A DNA stretch of 64,000 nucleotides from an uncultured bacterium (GTDB lineage Bacteria; Patescibacteriota; Minisyncoccia; UBA6257; 2-01-FULL-56-20): positions 507,590 through 571,589 of the forward strand of contig CAWDZM010000001.1 of the NCBI GenBank assembly GCA_963807165.1, given 5' to 3'. Position 1 is the stretch's first letter. Every line of letters begins with the position of its first letter. The position numbers were made by a program, and so were the translations under genes. This document shows, piece after piece, positions 28,743 through 38,960 of this stretch. The notes beneath the pieces were generated by a model, which saw nothing but the letters and a program-made list of their open reading frames with translations, was not told the origin of the DNA and did not search any database.

Positions 28743-28969
28743 ACCTTATTCTATATAGGTTTCTAAAGATGATATGTCCATCTCCACTAATTGTCAAACA
28801 GCAAAAATCAATGGAATTTACAATAAAAGCTCATTATCTTATAGTTAAGCGAGTCACGCGTCGCAGATGCGATCAGAAGAGTAAATCAAACGGTAAGAAA
28901 AGAAACTGGGATTGAGGAACTTATCCACCACGAAAAATCAAACTTCTGGATAAGATAGAATTCCGATAT

Positions 28970-30511
28970 TTACTTTAACGTGTCCTTCACAACTAACGGC
29001 TCGCGCCCTTCTATAAATTTGTCGTATCCAAATTCTCGATACGTTTTAAAAATAAGCATCTGCTCCTTTGTCTCAAGATCTCTTCCGGGAAAATCTCGCT
29101 TGATATTTGAGGCGTCTTCGTCCGAAATAATCCTCTGTGCGATTTGTCCAATAACGCCATCGCCTCTTTTATAATTTGTGCCCACATTCATACCGGCTCC
29201 ATTTGCGAATGGAGCCTTCGCGCGGAAGGCTGTCGCCTCAGAAAGATAGTTCAACGCTATCTTTCTAAAAATGAATTTCGTAAAGATCTCATTGCCGTAC
29301 TTCCCTACTTTAATCGATCCATCTATTACCATAGCAACGTCGACGAGCGCCTTATCAAAAAATGGGCATCGTATCTCAACCGTATGTCGCATTGCCATCT
29401 TATCAATCCTCATAAGATTTCCCCTCGACATGGACTTTAAAAGTGCCTTGCATCCTTCGTTGATTCGAAGAGGATTAATATCAAGAAATTCATTATATCC
29501 CCCAAATATTTCATCAATGCCTTCTCCAGTAAGCACAATTTTAAATCCCAGATCATGGGCATATTTTGAAAGTATATTGTTTGCGAAGGAGTGGCGAACA
29601 ATATTTGGATCGTAGCTTTCGACAAAATAGATAATATCCGACAGTTCCGCTTCATAATCAATTTTGGGCTCGATAGATTTATATTTCCATCCTTTCTCTT
29701 CGCACAACTTAAGAGCGCTGATGTAATCCGGAGAATCTTTTTCTCCGAGGATAAGAGCCGTAACGTCACCGTGAAAACGCGACGCTAATTCCATAACCAT
29801 ACTGCTATCCACGCCGCCACTCAAAAATATGGCGATCGGAAGATCGGTTTGAACTCTTTTAAACACGGCCTGTTCAATAAGATGCTTTAGTTCATCAAGG
29901 TTAATATCTTTAACCTCTCCGATTTTGATTTCATAATATGAAACGAATTTGCCCTTATAGAAATAGTGCCCCGGAGGAAATTCGTGAATCTCATTCAAAT
30001 CTTCAAAGCAAACAAGCGCCTTAATCTCTGACGCAAAAAACATCGTTCCGTCTTCATCATAAGCGTAATAGAGCGGCTTAACTCCGATGCGATCACGTGC
30101 CGCGAAAATTTCTCCGCTTGTCTTGTCAAAAATAATGAAGGCGAACATTTCGGAATCCAACTCAGAGATCAGCGCCTCCTTTTTATCTTCCCAAAGGTGG
30201 GTTAACACTTCCGTATCTCCATGAGTCCTAAATACATGCCCCTCCCCCTTTAACCTTTCGGCGATAGCACCGAAATTAAAAATCTCGCCATTTAGAATAG
30301 CAAAAATCGTTCCGTCTTCATTCTGCTGAGGCTGTTGCCCGAAGGCTTCATCAACGATAGCGAGCCGATTTGCGCCGAGAGCCACATGATCCAAAACGAG
30401 GTGCTCAAATTGATGCTGAGGCTCGCCCCGGTGAGATATCTTAGACAACGATAAGCGGAGTTTTTCCTCTTTACCATCTGCAGTTCCGACAATAGCGACG
30501 ATGCCACACAT
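28970..30511 (-). CDS. asnB: asparagine synthase (glutamine-hydrolysing) family protein
   Basis: N-terminal MCGI (Ntn nucleophile Cys2), glutaminase domain, and the SGGVDSS PP-loop of the synthetase domain; 513 aa. Confidence 0.8.
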   Translation of the reverse strand: MCGIVAIVGTADGKEEKLRLSLSKISHRGEPQHQFEHLVLDHVALGANRLAIVDEAFGQQPQQNEDGTIFAILNGEIFNFGAIAERLKGEGHVFRTHGDTEVLTHLWEDKKEALISELDSEMFAFIIFDKTSGEIFAARDRIGVKPLYYAYDEDGTMFFASEIKALVCFEDLNEIHEFPPGHYFYKGKFVSYYEIKIGEVKDINLDELKHLIEQAVFKRVQTDLPIAIFLSGGVDSSMVMELASRFHGDVTALILGEKDSPDYISALKLCEEKGWKYKSIEPKIDYEAELSDIIYFVESYDPNIVRHSFANNILSKYAHDLGFKIVLTGEGIDEIFGGYNEFLDINPLRINEGCKALLKSMSRGNLMRIDKMAMRHTVEIRCPFFDKALVDVAMVIDGSIKVGKYGNEIFTKFIFRKIALNYLSEATAFRAKAPFANGAGMNVGTNYKRGDGVIGQIAQRIISDEDASNIKRDFPGRDLETKEQMLIFKTYREFGYDKFIEGREPLVVKDTLK

Positions 30512-31267
30512 ACATCGATTTTATCAGTTTGATCGGGATTAATGCAACCTGAAACATCGTTTTGAGCGCGACTCATTCTGACTCGCGCTGTTTCATAGCC
30601 TGACATATTAGGCTGGTCGAGAAGCCTATTTAAATGTCACTACTTCCTGAACAAAAGGTCGAGCAAACCGAGCCCTTCGCGGAGCTCTACGATTATATCC
30701 GAATAATCGCAAGTATATGCGAAGGGCTCAATCAAACTAATGGAAATAAAGAAAGAACCCAAGATGGAGAAGAACGATTACTACGAAGCTCCAAGCCAAG
30801 TTCTGATAAATCCCCCATCACAGTCTTCTTACCCACGACGTCAAAGAGCTACTCAATTGCTCGACCACGTGGGCGTTGAAAACAATGAGGATACTGGAGG
30901 CCCTAGGGCTAGTCAGGATAGGCTCGAGCGATGATAACTTCAATGAAAGCTATATCGTTCTCAAGACAGAATTTGACTGGCTTTTCGCAGTCGATCCCAA
31001 CGCTGACCCGAACGAGAGGCCGATGGTTTAAACAAAATCCGACCCTGTGTATACGACAACTATCTCACATACGCAGGGTCGAATCGAGTTGAAAGATCAC
31101 AATAATAAAAAAATACATGAAAACGAAAACCGAAATAAAAATAAAGCTCGATATGACACGTTTAATGCTCATACGCGACCAGTCCAAGATTGAAACTCTA
31201 CGCTGGATGTTGAACGAAGATGAGGAAATGATCCGCGAGGCAGTTACGCTCGCGGCAGAAAACCCTG

Positions 31268-31320
31268 ATAAATGATTTATATATTCAGCTTAAACTAATG
31301 GCGGTAATGTCCTGATGACA
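31268..31320. repeat. ~53-nt direct repeat, copy 1
   Basis: aaatgatttatatattcagcttaaactaatggcggtaatgtcctgatgaca is ~85 percent identical to 33068-33120. Confidence 0.6.
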
Positions 31321-31335
31321 TAGAAAATACAAAAT

Positions 31336-32901
31336 CTAAAGCTGAATCCCCGGCCCCTGACCACCTCCGATATTGATGCCTATCGGTCCATTGGGTGGCG
31401 CGATTTCTTGGAATGGAACTCCTAAGAACGTGGCTACTTGATTGGCGATTGCAACTTCCTTTCCAGAGCCTCCCATCATTACTGCTGGGCCAATAGACAT
31501 ACTTGAAGAGCTATTTTGATGGTCTAAGGGCAGCTCCTGTCCGCTTTTAAAAACAATGACCGATTGTGAGACGAGCACCTGACGAGGCATGGAGACACCC
31601 CTTTCTGAGGAGGCATTATTGTTTTCCATCTTCCATGACTTCCTTGTTTCAATACGCAGGACATCCGCAACTGCATAGGTCGCCGCGCTTCCCCCAATCA
31701 GGCGCTTAGTTTGATAATTGATTTGCCCGCTGGTCTTATTGGCGTCTACCGTTATAGATGCACTTAAGAATATAAGTGCGAGGCCGACAATAAACACTCC
31801 GATGGCAATCCAGAGAGCAACGGAAGGAGAGAATTGTGAATAGAATGCGACACCGATACCAACAAGAACGAGTACGATTCCCGCTATAATCCCTTTTGCA
31901 TCACCTTCCTTGAGCACCAACTCGTCTGCGGTCTGACTGACTATTTTCATAATTATTGTTGTTTGAAAGTTAATGTAGCTTCGTTCGAGGTTGACCCTTG
32001 CATGATCTGAATGTTTGTTATGGTCATTGTCATAACCGACCACCGTCGCCGGTTGATTAATATTGAGCGCTACTGTGGCACTCTGTCCCGTTGCATGATT
32101 CGTCACCGTCATCGTAACTTGGGAGATGTGCACAGCGCTTACATTAAACTCAAGATTATTAAACTTCGCATCGCTCGGCGCGGTAAGAGTTGCGGTACCG
32201 CCATAGACCTGCGCGAGACCACTTGCCGGAGTAGTCGTTACATTAATATTGGTGTTACTAGGAGTAGACTTTGAGGTGCAATTTCCCGGAGTAAAAGCAT
32301 TAACACTGATAGATCCTTTCGACCAATTAGTGAGCAGTGAGACGAGGACACTCGGCGTAAAGGTGCAAACACTCGTCTGCCCCGCAGACTGATTTGCTTC
32401 ACCTTGCACCTCCTGCTGGGCCTGCGCCGCAGTCAATCCTTGTGCTTCCGCTCCAGATAAGAATTGTGATGTTACGATTCCTGTCGCGCTTACGGCATCA
32501 TCGGAGAAGATGCACTCGCCCGACCCATTTGACCCTTTTATAGCAAGTTGCGATTTAACGCTTTCAGCGAACAGCGTTGAAACATCAATGGTTCCTGTAA
32601 ATGCAACGGTAGCTGGAGAACATTTTTGAGCGGCGGCGATGAAGCAGTTCATGTTGGCACCGCAAGCGCCTGAGGTGGGACTTGTTTTCGTCTGCGTGGT
32701 GGTCGGAGTTTTTGCAACGGCAACGGGAGCAGTCGACGTTGGCAAGGTTGACGTGCTATTGATAGATGGCAAATGCGGCACAAGCGTACTCAAACTAGTT
32801 CCACGAAAATGGTAAAGCGAGAGCCCTAAAACGACTAGGCAAACTAGGATTAAGGCACCAGCACCCAAGAGAACGGGGTCTACAAATCCTTTTCGACTCA
32901 T
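31336..32901 (-). CDS. hypothetical membrane protein with a Thr/Ser-rich extracytoplasmic region
   Basis: N-terminal TM, a T/S-rich linker, a second pair of TM helices near residues 340-385, and a Gly-rich C-terminus. Confidence 0.35.
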   Translation of the reverse strand: MSRKGFVDPVLLGAGALILVCLVVLGLSLYHFRGTSLSTLVPHLPSINSTSTLPTSTAPVAVAKTPTTTQTKTSPTSGACGANMNCFIAAAQKCSPATVAFTGTIDVSTLFAESVKSQLAIKGSNGSGECIFSDDAVSATGIVTSQFLSGAEAQGLTAAQAQQEVQGEANQSAGQTSVCTFTPSVLVSLLTNWSKGSISVNAFTPGNCTSKSTPSNTNINVTTTPASGLAQVYGGTATLTAPSDAKFNNLEFNVSAVHISQVTMTVTNHATGQSATVALNINQPATVVGYDNDHNKHSDHARVNLERSYINFQTTIIMKIVSQTADELVLKEGDAKGIIAGIVLVLVGIGVAFYSQFSPSVALWIAIGVFIVGLALIFLSASITVDANKTSGQINYQTKRLIGGSAATYAVADVLRIETRKSWKMENNNASSERGVSMPRQVLVSQSVIVFKSGQELPLDHQNSSSSMSIGPAVMMGGSGKEVAIANQVATFLGVPFQEIAPPNGPIGINIGGGQGPGIQL

Positions 32902-33067
32902 TAAATTAAGTATAGCAAATCAGACTATGAGTTTTCCATTCCGCCCAACTCCCCCATTTTCGCCGATTTCGGCAAACTCAAAATAACGCAGAGTATATAA
33001 AGAAAATCGACCTCATTGGAGATCGATTTTCATTCAAGTGGAGACGAACCGGACAGGTGGCAAACTT

Positions 33068-33120
33068 TTATAAACGATTTATATATTGCCGTAAAACTAA
33101 TGGCGGCAATGTCCTAATGA
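33068..33120. repeat. ~53-nt direct repeat, copy 2
   Basis: aaacgatttatatattgccgtaaaactaatggcggcaatgtcctaatgacc. It overlaps the stop codon of the 196-aa gene. Confidence 0.6.
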
Positions 33121-33704
33121 CCACTAACCTTGGTCGAAGCTAATGTTATCTCTTTGCGTGTCGCTTTTAGAAGAGCCTTTATAAAGGAAACCGCTTGATC
33201 GAGTTTGGGCGAATCCAGACGAGTCTGCGGTTCTTGTCTGACATAGTACTTACCATCTCTAACTGCATCCGTGAAAAACTCTAGAACCTCAGGAGGCTCT
33301 TTATTAAATGCACTTTTATATAGACGGGACAGGTTATGAGTTTTAATTGTTTTAGAAAGCCGAGGAGACCCATTGTGATCACTCACGGGTTTTATAACTC
33401 CTTTCAAAATCAACAATGATTTTAGAGCACATTCTAATGAAGCTCCATACCACATTAAAATTGGTTGCCTCATTCCTAGTAAATAGGGATTTATAATTTG
33501 CTTCTTTAAGGCTTTAGACTTCGGCGACATCGCCGATTCTTGAATTATTCTCCATCTCTCATGCGCTGATTCATACTTATGATGAAGTAAATCCGCTATA
33601 GCCTCATTGGCTTTTGAATTAGAGATCCAAACAAGATAATCAGAGGCCCACTTCCGATATTCATCATCCATAAATGTCTGAAGTTTGGTCTTTTCCATAT
33701 GCAC
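33114..33704 (-). CDS. hypothetical protein (last gene of the candidate defence operon)
   Basis: 196 aa, no confident motif; starts 14 nt after the GIY-YIG gene. Confidence 0.3.
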   Translation of the reverse strand: MHMEKTKLQTFMDDEYRKWASDYLVWISNSKANEAIADLLHHKYESAHERWRIIQESAMSPKSKALKKQIINPYLLGMRQPILMWYGASLECALKSLLILKGVIKPVSDHNGSPRLSKTIKTHNLSRLYKSAFNKEPPEVLEFFTDAVRDGKYYVRQEPQTRLDSPKLDQAVSFIKALLKATRKEITLASTKVSGH

Positions 33705-33718
33705 AGGGTCAGATTCGG

Positions 33719-34216
33719 TTAAAGGCTGGCTGTGATCTTCTTATAGATACTCTCAGCAATTTTTGCTTCGGTTTTATCAGCTTGATGAAAATGGATCTCC
33801 GTCTGATATTTCGGCCACTTACCTGTTTTATTCCTAATGAGATATACCACTTCCGCCTCGATAGCTTCGGTTCTCTCCTCACTGGAAAATTCAAAAACAA
33901 ATAGGTCTATCTCCCTTGAGTGAGTCTTTGTCGCCAAAGACTTCCAAGCGTAGCCGTGATAGCCATTCTTCCCTGAAGCAGTTAGGCCATTTCTAAACCG
34001 ATTACTAAGAGTCATCTTGGTAATCCCCACATAAAGGATCTCCTTTCCTTGCTTGAGAATATAAATCTTTGGATCTCTACTATTCGCAGATCCCCACAAA
34101 CCTTCTTTATAATCACCGACCTGCTTAATAAAAGATACCTTCGCACTACTCGCTTTTCCTTTAAGGAAGGTCAGGCCCCTAAGGCGAATTTTAAATTGTA
34201 GATGTTTGTCTTTCAA
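33719..34216 (-). CDS. GIY-YIG nuclease-domain protein
   Basis: KIYILKQGKEILYVGITKMTLSNRFRNG carries the GIY...YVG motifs and the conserved R. A downstream E (EAEVVYLIRN) completes the fold. Confidence 0.5.
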   Translation of the reverse strand: MKDKHLQFKIRLRGLTFLKGKASSAKVSFIKQVGDYKEGLWGSANSRDPKIYILKQGKEILYVGITKMTLSNRFRNGLTASGKNGYHGYAWKSLATKTHSREIDLFVFEFSSEERTEAIEAEVVYLIRNKTGKWPKYQTEIHFHQADKTEAKIAESIYKKITASL

Positions 34217-34249
34217 ATGCGTGAAGATCGGAGGCGGTTATATAAAATA

Positions 34250-34834
34250 CTAAATCCCGTCTTTCGGCTGAGAAAAATGCAATTCTTTTGGTAAGAATGA
34301 ATTCAACTCATCGTCACTAAAGGTCAGTTCTTCGTTTATTTTGAGTGCTTTTTGTGCCGCTTTGTAAGCTTTTGAAGTAGTTTGAGGAGCGAATTTATAA
34401 ATTAACCCAGCCTCCTGAGCTAGGCGATCTCTTTGTTTTATTAACTCGTGAGAATCAATTGAATCGCTTTTTATATCAGCCAATAAATTAATATACTTCT
34501 CTCTAATAAGCCAAAGCTCTTTCGCCGTTTGACGATGTTTCCCAGCTCTTTCATCTGGATCGAAACTTAATTGAAATATAACAAATGCTAATGTAAGCGC
34601 AGAAAGAATGGAGCTTACATATTTGAACACCTCCTGACTTGAAATCAGATCCACAAGAATCGACGATGTCGTTAACGTAGTAAGAAGTATATTTATCCAT
34701 TTCACTATGCCAGCTTTTCCGCTTTCAATCTCTGCGGCTTTCTCATGAGTTTTTTGTGTATAGGCAACTCTCCCAAAAGACTCCCTAACCACCTGTAGAT
34801 TAATTTTATCCATAATTTTAATAGGTGTTTCCAA
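34250..34834 (-). CDS. 2-TM protein, SLATT-like candidate effector
   Basis: 194 aa with two adjacent TM helices (WINILLTTLTTSSILVDLI, VSSILSALTLAFVIFQL) then a helical C-terminal region. The gene overlaps the NTase gene by 17 nt. Confidence 0.4.
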   Translation of the reverse strand: METPIKIMDKINLQVVRESFGRVAYTQKTHEKAAEIESGKAGIVKWINILLTTLTTSSILVDLISSQEVFKYVSSILSALTLAFVIFQLSFDPDERAGKHRQTAKELWLIREKYINLLADIKSDSIDSHELIKQRDRLAQEAGLIYKFAPQTTSKAYKAAQKALKINEELTFSDDELNSFLPKELHFSQPKDGI

Positions 34835-36155
34835 TAGGAACTAGTATCCGGTCCATGGCAACACACTTACCATCACTAATAATATAGCACTCTACATAAT
34901 GCTCGCCATGATACTTTGTCCGTTCCTCTTTTTCTTCCAACCCACGATCATCGCTAATCTCTCCCCTAAGATCTCCTGCGATCCTAGCTTCTTCCCCGAA
35001 ATTTCTAACTTTCCACTTAATTGAATAATTATTGGGAAGCCTTCTTTCTCGGATCGCAAAAGTGAGTTTTTTACTTTTTTTAAGCATATATCTTTTTCTT
35101 AAAAAATCACTTAACCAACCTGGCTGAAACCCCGCCTGAATGATTTGAGTATCGATTTTCACTCTATAAGAATCATCCAATTCAAATGGGACGCCATATT
35201 TTCTCTCAAGGAATTCCTCTGTTTGCGCCGGATATCGCTTCCGTAGTTCTATTACCTTATCATTTATATTTTCCTCAACGTCGTAAGACTTTGGAAAATC
35301 ATCACCAAAGACCTTTTTCCATTCATCCGAAGCATTTTCTAATTCTGAGTTAACCTCGTATTGAACAGCTTTACTTGCTCTCTGTGATGCAGTTTCAGCT
35401 TTACTTTTCCAAGCTTCGCCCACATTAAACAACTCCCCCGCTCCTGAAATCAACATTGTATTTGCCTGCGAAAGAAGATATTTAAAAAATCCGTCCATTA
35501 ATCGCGAATAGCTTTCTTCAATTTTCGATTGATCTAAACTTTCCAAGTAATTTAAAACCACGGTTTCAATAAGAAATGACTTCAATTCGACACTGCAGTA
35601 ATCGGCCCACTTCTTAGAAATCCTAATTAGATTTAATGTCTTACCTGTCTTTTTATTTGATTCTCTAATTTTTTGCATTTCCGAAACAGGATCAAAAACC
35701 TCCCACGACCCTCCATTTTCGGTATTAGGTATCCTGAACTTCCCATCAGACAATGCCCAAGCCGGCAATAATTCTACGCTATGAGTTCCATCAGAGAACC
35801 CTACAACAACAACTTTGCCAAAGGCCCTTATTTCCTCAGTGGTTGTATATGCACCTTTTAATTGCAACCGAATTTCTTGCAACAATTGCGATTGCTTATT
35901 ACCAGAAAGATTATTGTAGGCTTCGAATTGATCTTCTGGCATCCTAAATAAGACATCCACATCTCGTGGAGGCCTTATGTTCGTTAGCTTCCCATACGAA
36001 CCAATTAAAAGTTTTGTAGATCCATCATATTTAATGTTTGGATAAAAATGGTCATGCAAAACTTCGCAAACGCCATTATATTTTATGCGAGCATCCTCTG
36101 CCTGCCTGTCTGTGAGGGCTATATTTTCTAATAGCTTTTTAAAATTGCTATCCAT
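34818..36155 (-). CDS. SMODS / CD-NTase-like minimal nucleotidyltransferase
   Basis: IGSYGKLTNIRPPRDVDVLF (GS...DxD) and VVVGFSDGTHSVELLPAW (third acidic residue in an hD..Pa context): the Pol-beta-like signature of cGAS/DncV-like NTases. 445 aa. Confidence 0.5.
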   Translation of the reverse strand: MDSNFKKLLENIALTDRQAEDARIKYNGVCEVLHDHFYPNIKYDGSTKLLIGSYGKLTNIRPPRDVDVLFRMPEDQFEAYNNLSGNKQSQLLQEIRLQLKGAYTTTEEIRAFGKVVVVGFSDGTHSVELLPAWALSDGKFRIPNTENGGSWEVFDPVSEMQKIRESNKKTGKTLNLIRISKKWADYCSVELKSFLIETVVLNYLESLDQSKIEESYSRLMDGFFKYLLSQANTMLISGAGELFNVGEAWKSKAETASQRASKAVQYEVNSELENASDEWKKVFGDDFPKSYDVEENINDKVIELRKRYPAQTEEFLERKYGVPFELDDSYRVKIDTQIIQAGFQPGWLSDFLRKRYMLKKSKKLTFAIRERRLPNNYSIKWKVRNFGEEARIAGDLRGEISDDRGLEEKEERTKYHGEHYVECYIISDGKCVAMDRILVPIGNTY

Positions 36156-38957
36156 TTAGACTTCTATCTCTTTTCTTATTTTTTCAATACGAGCCTTTAA
36201 TTTACCATCTCTTTTCAGGTCCTTAGAGATTTTCTCGAAAGCGTATATAACCGTTGTGTGATCTCGCTTAAAGGTTCTGCCAATAGAAGGGAAAGACAAT
36301 TCCATCCCCTCCCTCATCAGATACATAGCTAATTGCCGTGCCTTTACAACTTCCGCCCACCTCCCTCTCTGAACGAGATCATCCTCTGAAACTCCATAGA
36401 GCTTCGCTGTTTTTTGAATGATAGAATCCACTGCAGATGACATATGAGCCTCTTGCTCTTTAATGTAGTCATGCTTCTCCTCTCCTTTTTCTTTCCCTGC
36501 AACCTCCTCATCCTTGCCATATTTTTTTGCTAAGGCATTATTTATAATCTGCCTTACTCTTTCTCGTGTTATGGAATATTTCTTCGCAATTTCCTCTAGT
36601 GTATGTGGATATTGATCATTAAGTCCAAATCTCATTTCAACCATAAGACCTTCTCTCTCCTCCATGCCATCGGTAATATCCTTATCGCTAACTACCTGAT
36701 CAGCAGTCAATGCTTTTAATTGTTTTTCTCTCTCAATGACTAAGGATTCTTTTTCCTCCACGAAATGCTTATAGATAGCGGCGCCATACTCCCATTTTTT
36801 TTGAGCAATGTAATAAAGGAGGTCGTAATCAGATCTTTTCGGCAACACACCTTTTTGCATGGCTTCTGGTATGGCAACATTAAGTGATTCACTCAATATA
36901 ATTTCCGCTAAATAGAGCTGGCCAGTTTGAGATTTTACGACTTCGCTCTTTCGAGGATTCTCCCCGAAATATCTTATGTTTATAGGATGATTAGGATTTA
37001 TAAGAATAAATCCGCAGGTTGGGCTTTCTGGATGATGATCATAAAATGCTTGGAATGGCATCGTAACCTTTTCATCAAAACTCCACCCTCGAAATTTACC
37101 ACTCAGAGAACTTGGCTTTTTGGGGATCCTATCGACGACATCAATCCTTGCTTGGGCCCTATATTCTTTGCAGGTCGCTTCAATAATTCCCGATTCTCCA
37201 ATTTGCTCTCCGGAAAAAATCACTGGCACCCTTGCAACTATACTGTTCCTATGATGACCTACGGCCAGCGTAACCTTGGTCTTTTTTAATTTAATATGCT
37301 CATTTGAACTGGTAAAAACTATTTTATCTCCATTTTTTATTAATCGCGCGTCAATATACAAAATCAACTTACTCTCTCTGTTGGCAACAATTCTCGTATA
37401 GTCAGGATGAAATTCTAAACCATTCCCAGGATAAAAAATCCCTTCTTTTATAACAGAAACAACAACCGACGACTTCCTTTGTTCGTGCGTTGCTTCTAGG
37501 GTATCAACTACTCCGACCTCGTTGCCAAGTATAGTGATTGTTTTAATTAAAATATCGTCGTTGCTATCGCCTGGATCCTCAACCTTGATAGAGTCGGGAG
37601 TAAAGCCTATGTTCTTTCTAAAAGCAGTAATTTTTACGATCGATCCAGGCTTTATTATCCTAGTGTCGATGGCTAGTTGCATACTATATTTTTTGTTCAC
37701 AGTTACAGCCATCTGGCTCCTCGCAAACTCCAATCCACCTGCAGGCCTTTTGTCACTAACAACACGAATAGTGCCATAGGCATCTTCGCCTGTGAGCTGA
37801 GAATATAACTTATTAAGCTCGTCGAAGGCTAACTTCTGTTTCTCTTGGACGGCCTCCGAAAGACCCCCTTCATCTACATGGTTTCTACCTTTGCTAATAA
37901 TGGGGTACAACCATTTTTTTACTATTGCCTCTAGTTGTTTATAAAATTCATGTTGAGTATTAAATCCATCTCTAGTATCTAAGAGTACTTCCTCCGGATT
38001 CTTTTTCTTATTTATTTTGTCTTTAATAATTTCTCGAGCTCCTTTTAATTTGAGAAAACCATAATACTTATCCGTTCCGGGAAAATTGTCCAATCCAAAA
38101 AACGTTTGATCATAAATTGTTTCTTCTTCGTCGTGAACAAGTAATCCATTTTCCCGCTCATCCCCAGCAACCGCCAAAGCTTCCTTTGATCTATAAAGGT
38201 TGGCCTCAATTTCGACTGGGGCATAATCTTCAAATTGCATCGAAAATGTTTGATGATCTACTGGCTCACCCTCAGGGAATTTATACCTAACAGCGGATTG
38301 CCTCATCCGTCCTTTTAGGTCCGTATACTGAAGCAGGACATGTCGAGTGTCATTTGAATTAATCAGTCTAAGCATATAAAAAACACTCAGCCTATTAGCT
38401 AAATTTTCAAACTCATATAGATGAGCATCTTCATCCGCAACAAATTCAACTATTGTTCCACGAGTAGAGTTAAGCTCCCATTTCTGTGCCGTTTTAGTAG
38501 CATCCCCCGGTACCGCATTTACATTTATAAACCGCTTATCGTCTCTTTCATAAAACTCGCAGGTGGAAGCCTCTCCGTTCTTTATGGTCTTAATAATCCC
38601 CTCAGAATGATAAAAAAGAACGTCTGAGATTCCCTGGCCGAAAAGACCTCTGACAGCATATCCTTCATATGCTCCACTTTTTTCAGCTCCGTAAACCTTA
38701 AACTTTTTCTCGAGATCGCTTTTGCTCATCCCCTCCGCATTATCAATAATTCGAACTAAACGGCTCTTTCTATTTACTTGTATAGTGATAGAACCAATGT
38801 CCGTTTTACCTCCTTCTCCCTTGGCGGAAAGAATGCGGTAGCTATCGTCCGAATTTGTGATGGGTTCGGTAAGCGTTTTTAAAATACTCTTTCCAACAGC
38901 GTTGGAACTTTTGCGCTTTAAATATCTATTATCAATAGTTACTTCAATCTCAGACAT
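36156..38957 (-). CDS. GHKL-ATPase fused to sigma70-region-4-like and DnaA-domain-IV-like HTH domains
   Basis: N-terminus has LTEPITNSDDSY (N-box E..NS.DA), IIDNAEGMSKSD (DxGxG) and RGLFGQGISDV (G2 box). Near residue 740: EREGLMVEMRFGLNDQYPHTLEEIAKKYSITRERVRQIINNALAKKYG (sigma70 r4.2 pattern). C-terminus: VSEDDLVQRGRWAEVVKARQLAMYLMREGMELSFPSIGRTFKRDHTTVIYAFEKI (DnaA C-terminal HTH). 933 aa. Confidence 0.55.
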   Translation of the reverse strand: MSEIEVTIDNRYLKRKSSNAVGKSILKTLTEPITNSDDSYRILSAKGEGGKTDIGSITIQVNRKSRLVRIIDNAEGMSKSDLEKKFKVYGAEKSGAYEGYAVRGLFGQGISDVLFYHSEGIIKTIKNGEASTCEFYERDDKRFINVNAVPGDATKTAQKWELNSTRGTIVEFVADEDAHLYEFENLANRLSVFYMLRLINSNDTRHVLLQYTDLKGRMRQSAVRYKFPEGEPVDHQTFSMQFEDYAPVEIEANLYRSKEALAVAGDERENGLLVHDEEETIYDQTFFGLDNFPGTDKYYGFLKLKGAREIIKDKINKKKNPEEVLLDTRDGFNTQHEFYKQLEAIVKKWLYPIISKGRNHVDEGGLSEAVQEKQKLAFDELNKLYSQLTGEDAYGTIRVVSDKRPAGGLEFARSQMAVTVNKKYSMQLAIDTRIIKPGSIVKITAFRKNIGFTPDSIKVEDPGDSNDDILIKTITILGNEVGVVDTLEATHEQRKSSVVVSVIKEGIFYPGNGLEFHPDYTRIVANRESKLILYIDARLIKNGDKIVFTSSNEHIKLKKTKVTLAVGHHRNSIVARVPVIFSGEQIGESGIIEATCKEYRAQARIDVVDRIPKKPSSLSGKFRGWSFDEKVTMPFQAFYDHHPESPTCGFILINPNHPINIRYFGENPRKSEVVKSQTGQLYLAEIILSESLNVAIPEAMQKGVLPKRSDYDLLYYIAQKKWEYGAAIYKHFVEEKESLVIEREKQLKALTADQVVSDKDITDGMEEREGLMVEMRFGLNDQYPHTLEEIAKKYSITRERVRQIINNALAKKYGKDEEVAGKEKGEEKHDYIKEQEAHMSSAVDSIIQKTAKLYGVSEDDLVQRGRWAEVVKARQLAMYLMREGMELSFPSIGRTFKRDHTTVIYAFEKISKDLKRDGKLKARIEKIRKEIEV

Positions 38958-38960
38958 ATT

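Noticed and set aside
30292-30606. 104-aa minus-strand ORF overlapping the asnB start.
   Set aside because: Off-frame overlap with the conserved N-terminus of AsnB; no independent support.
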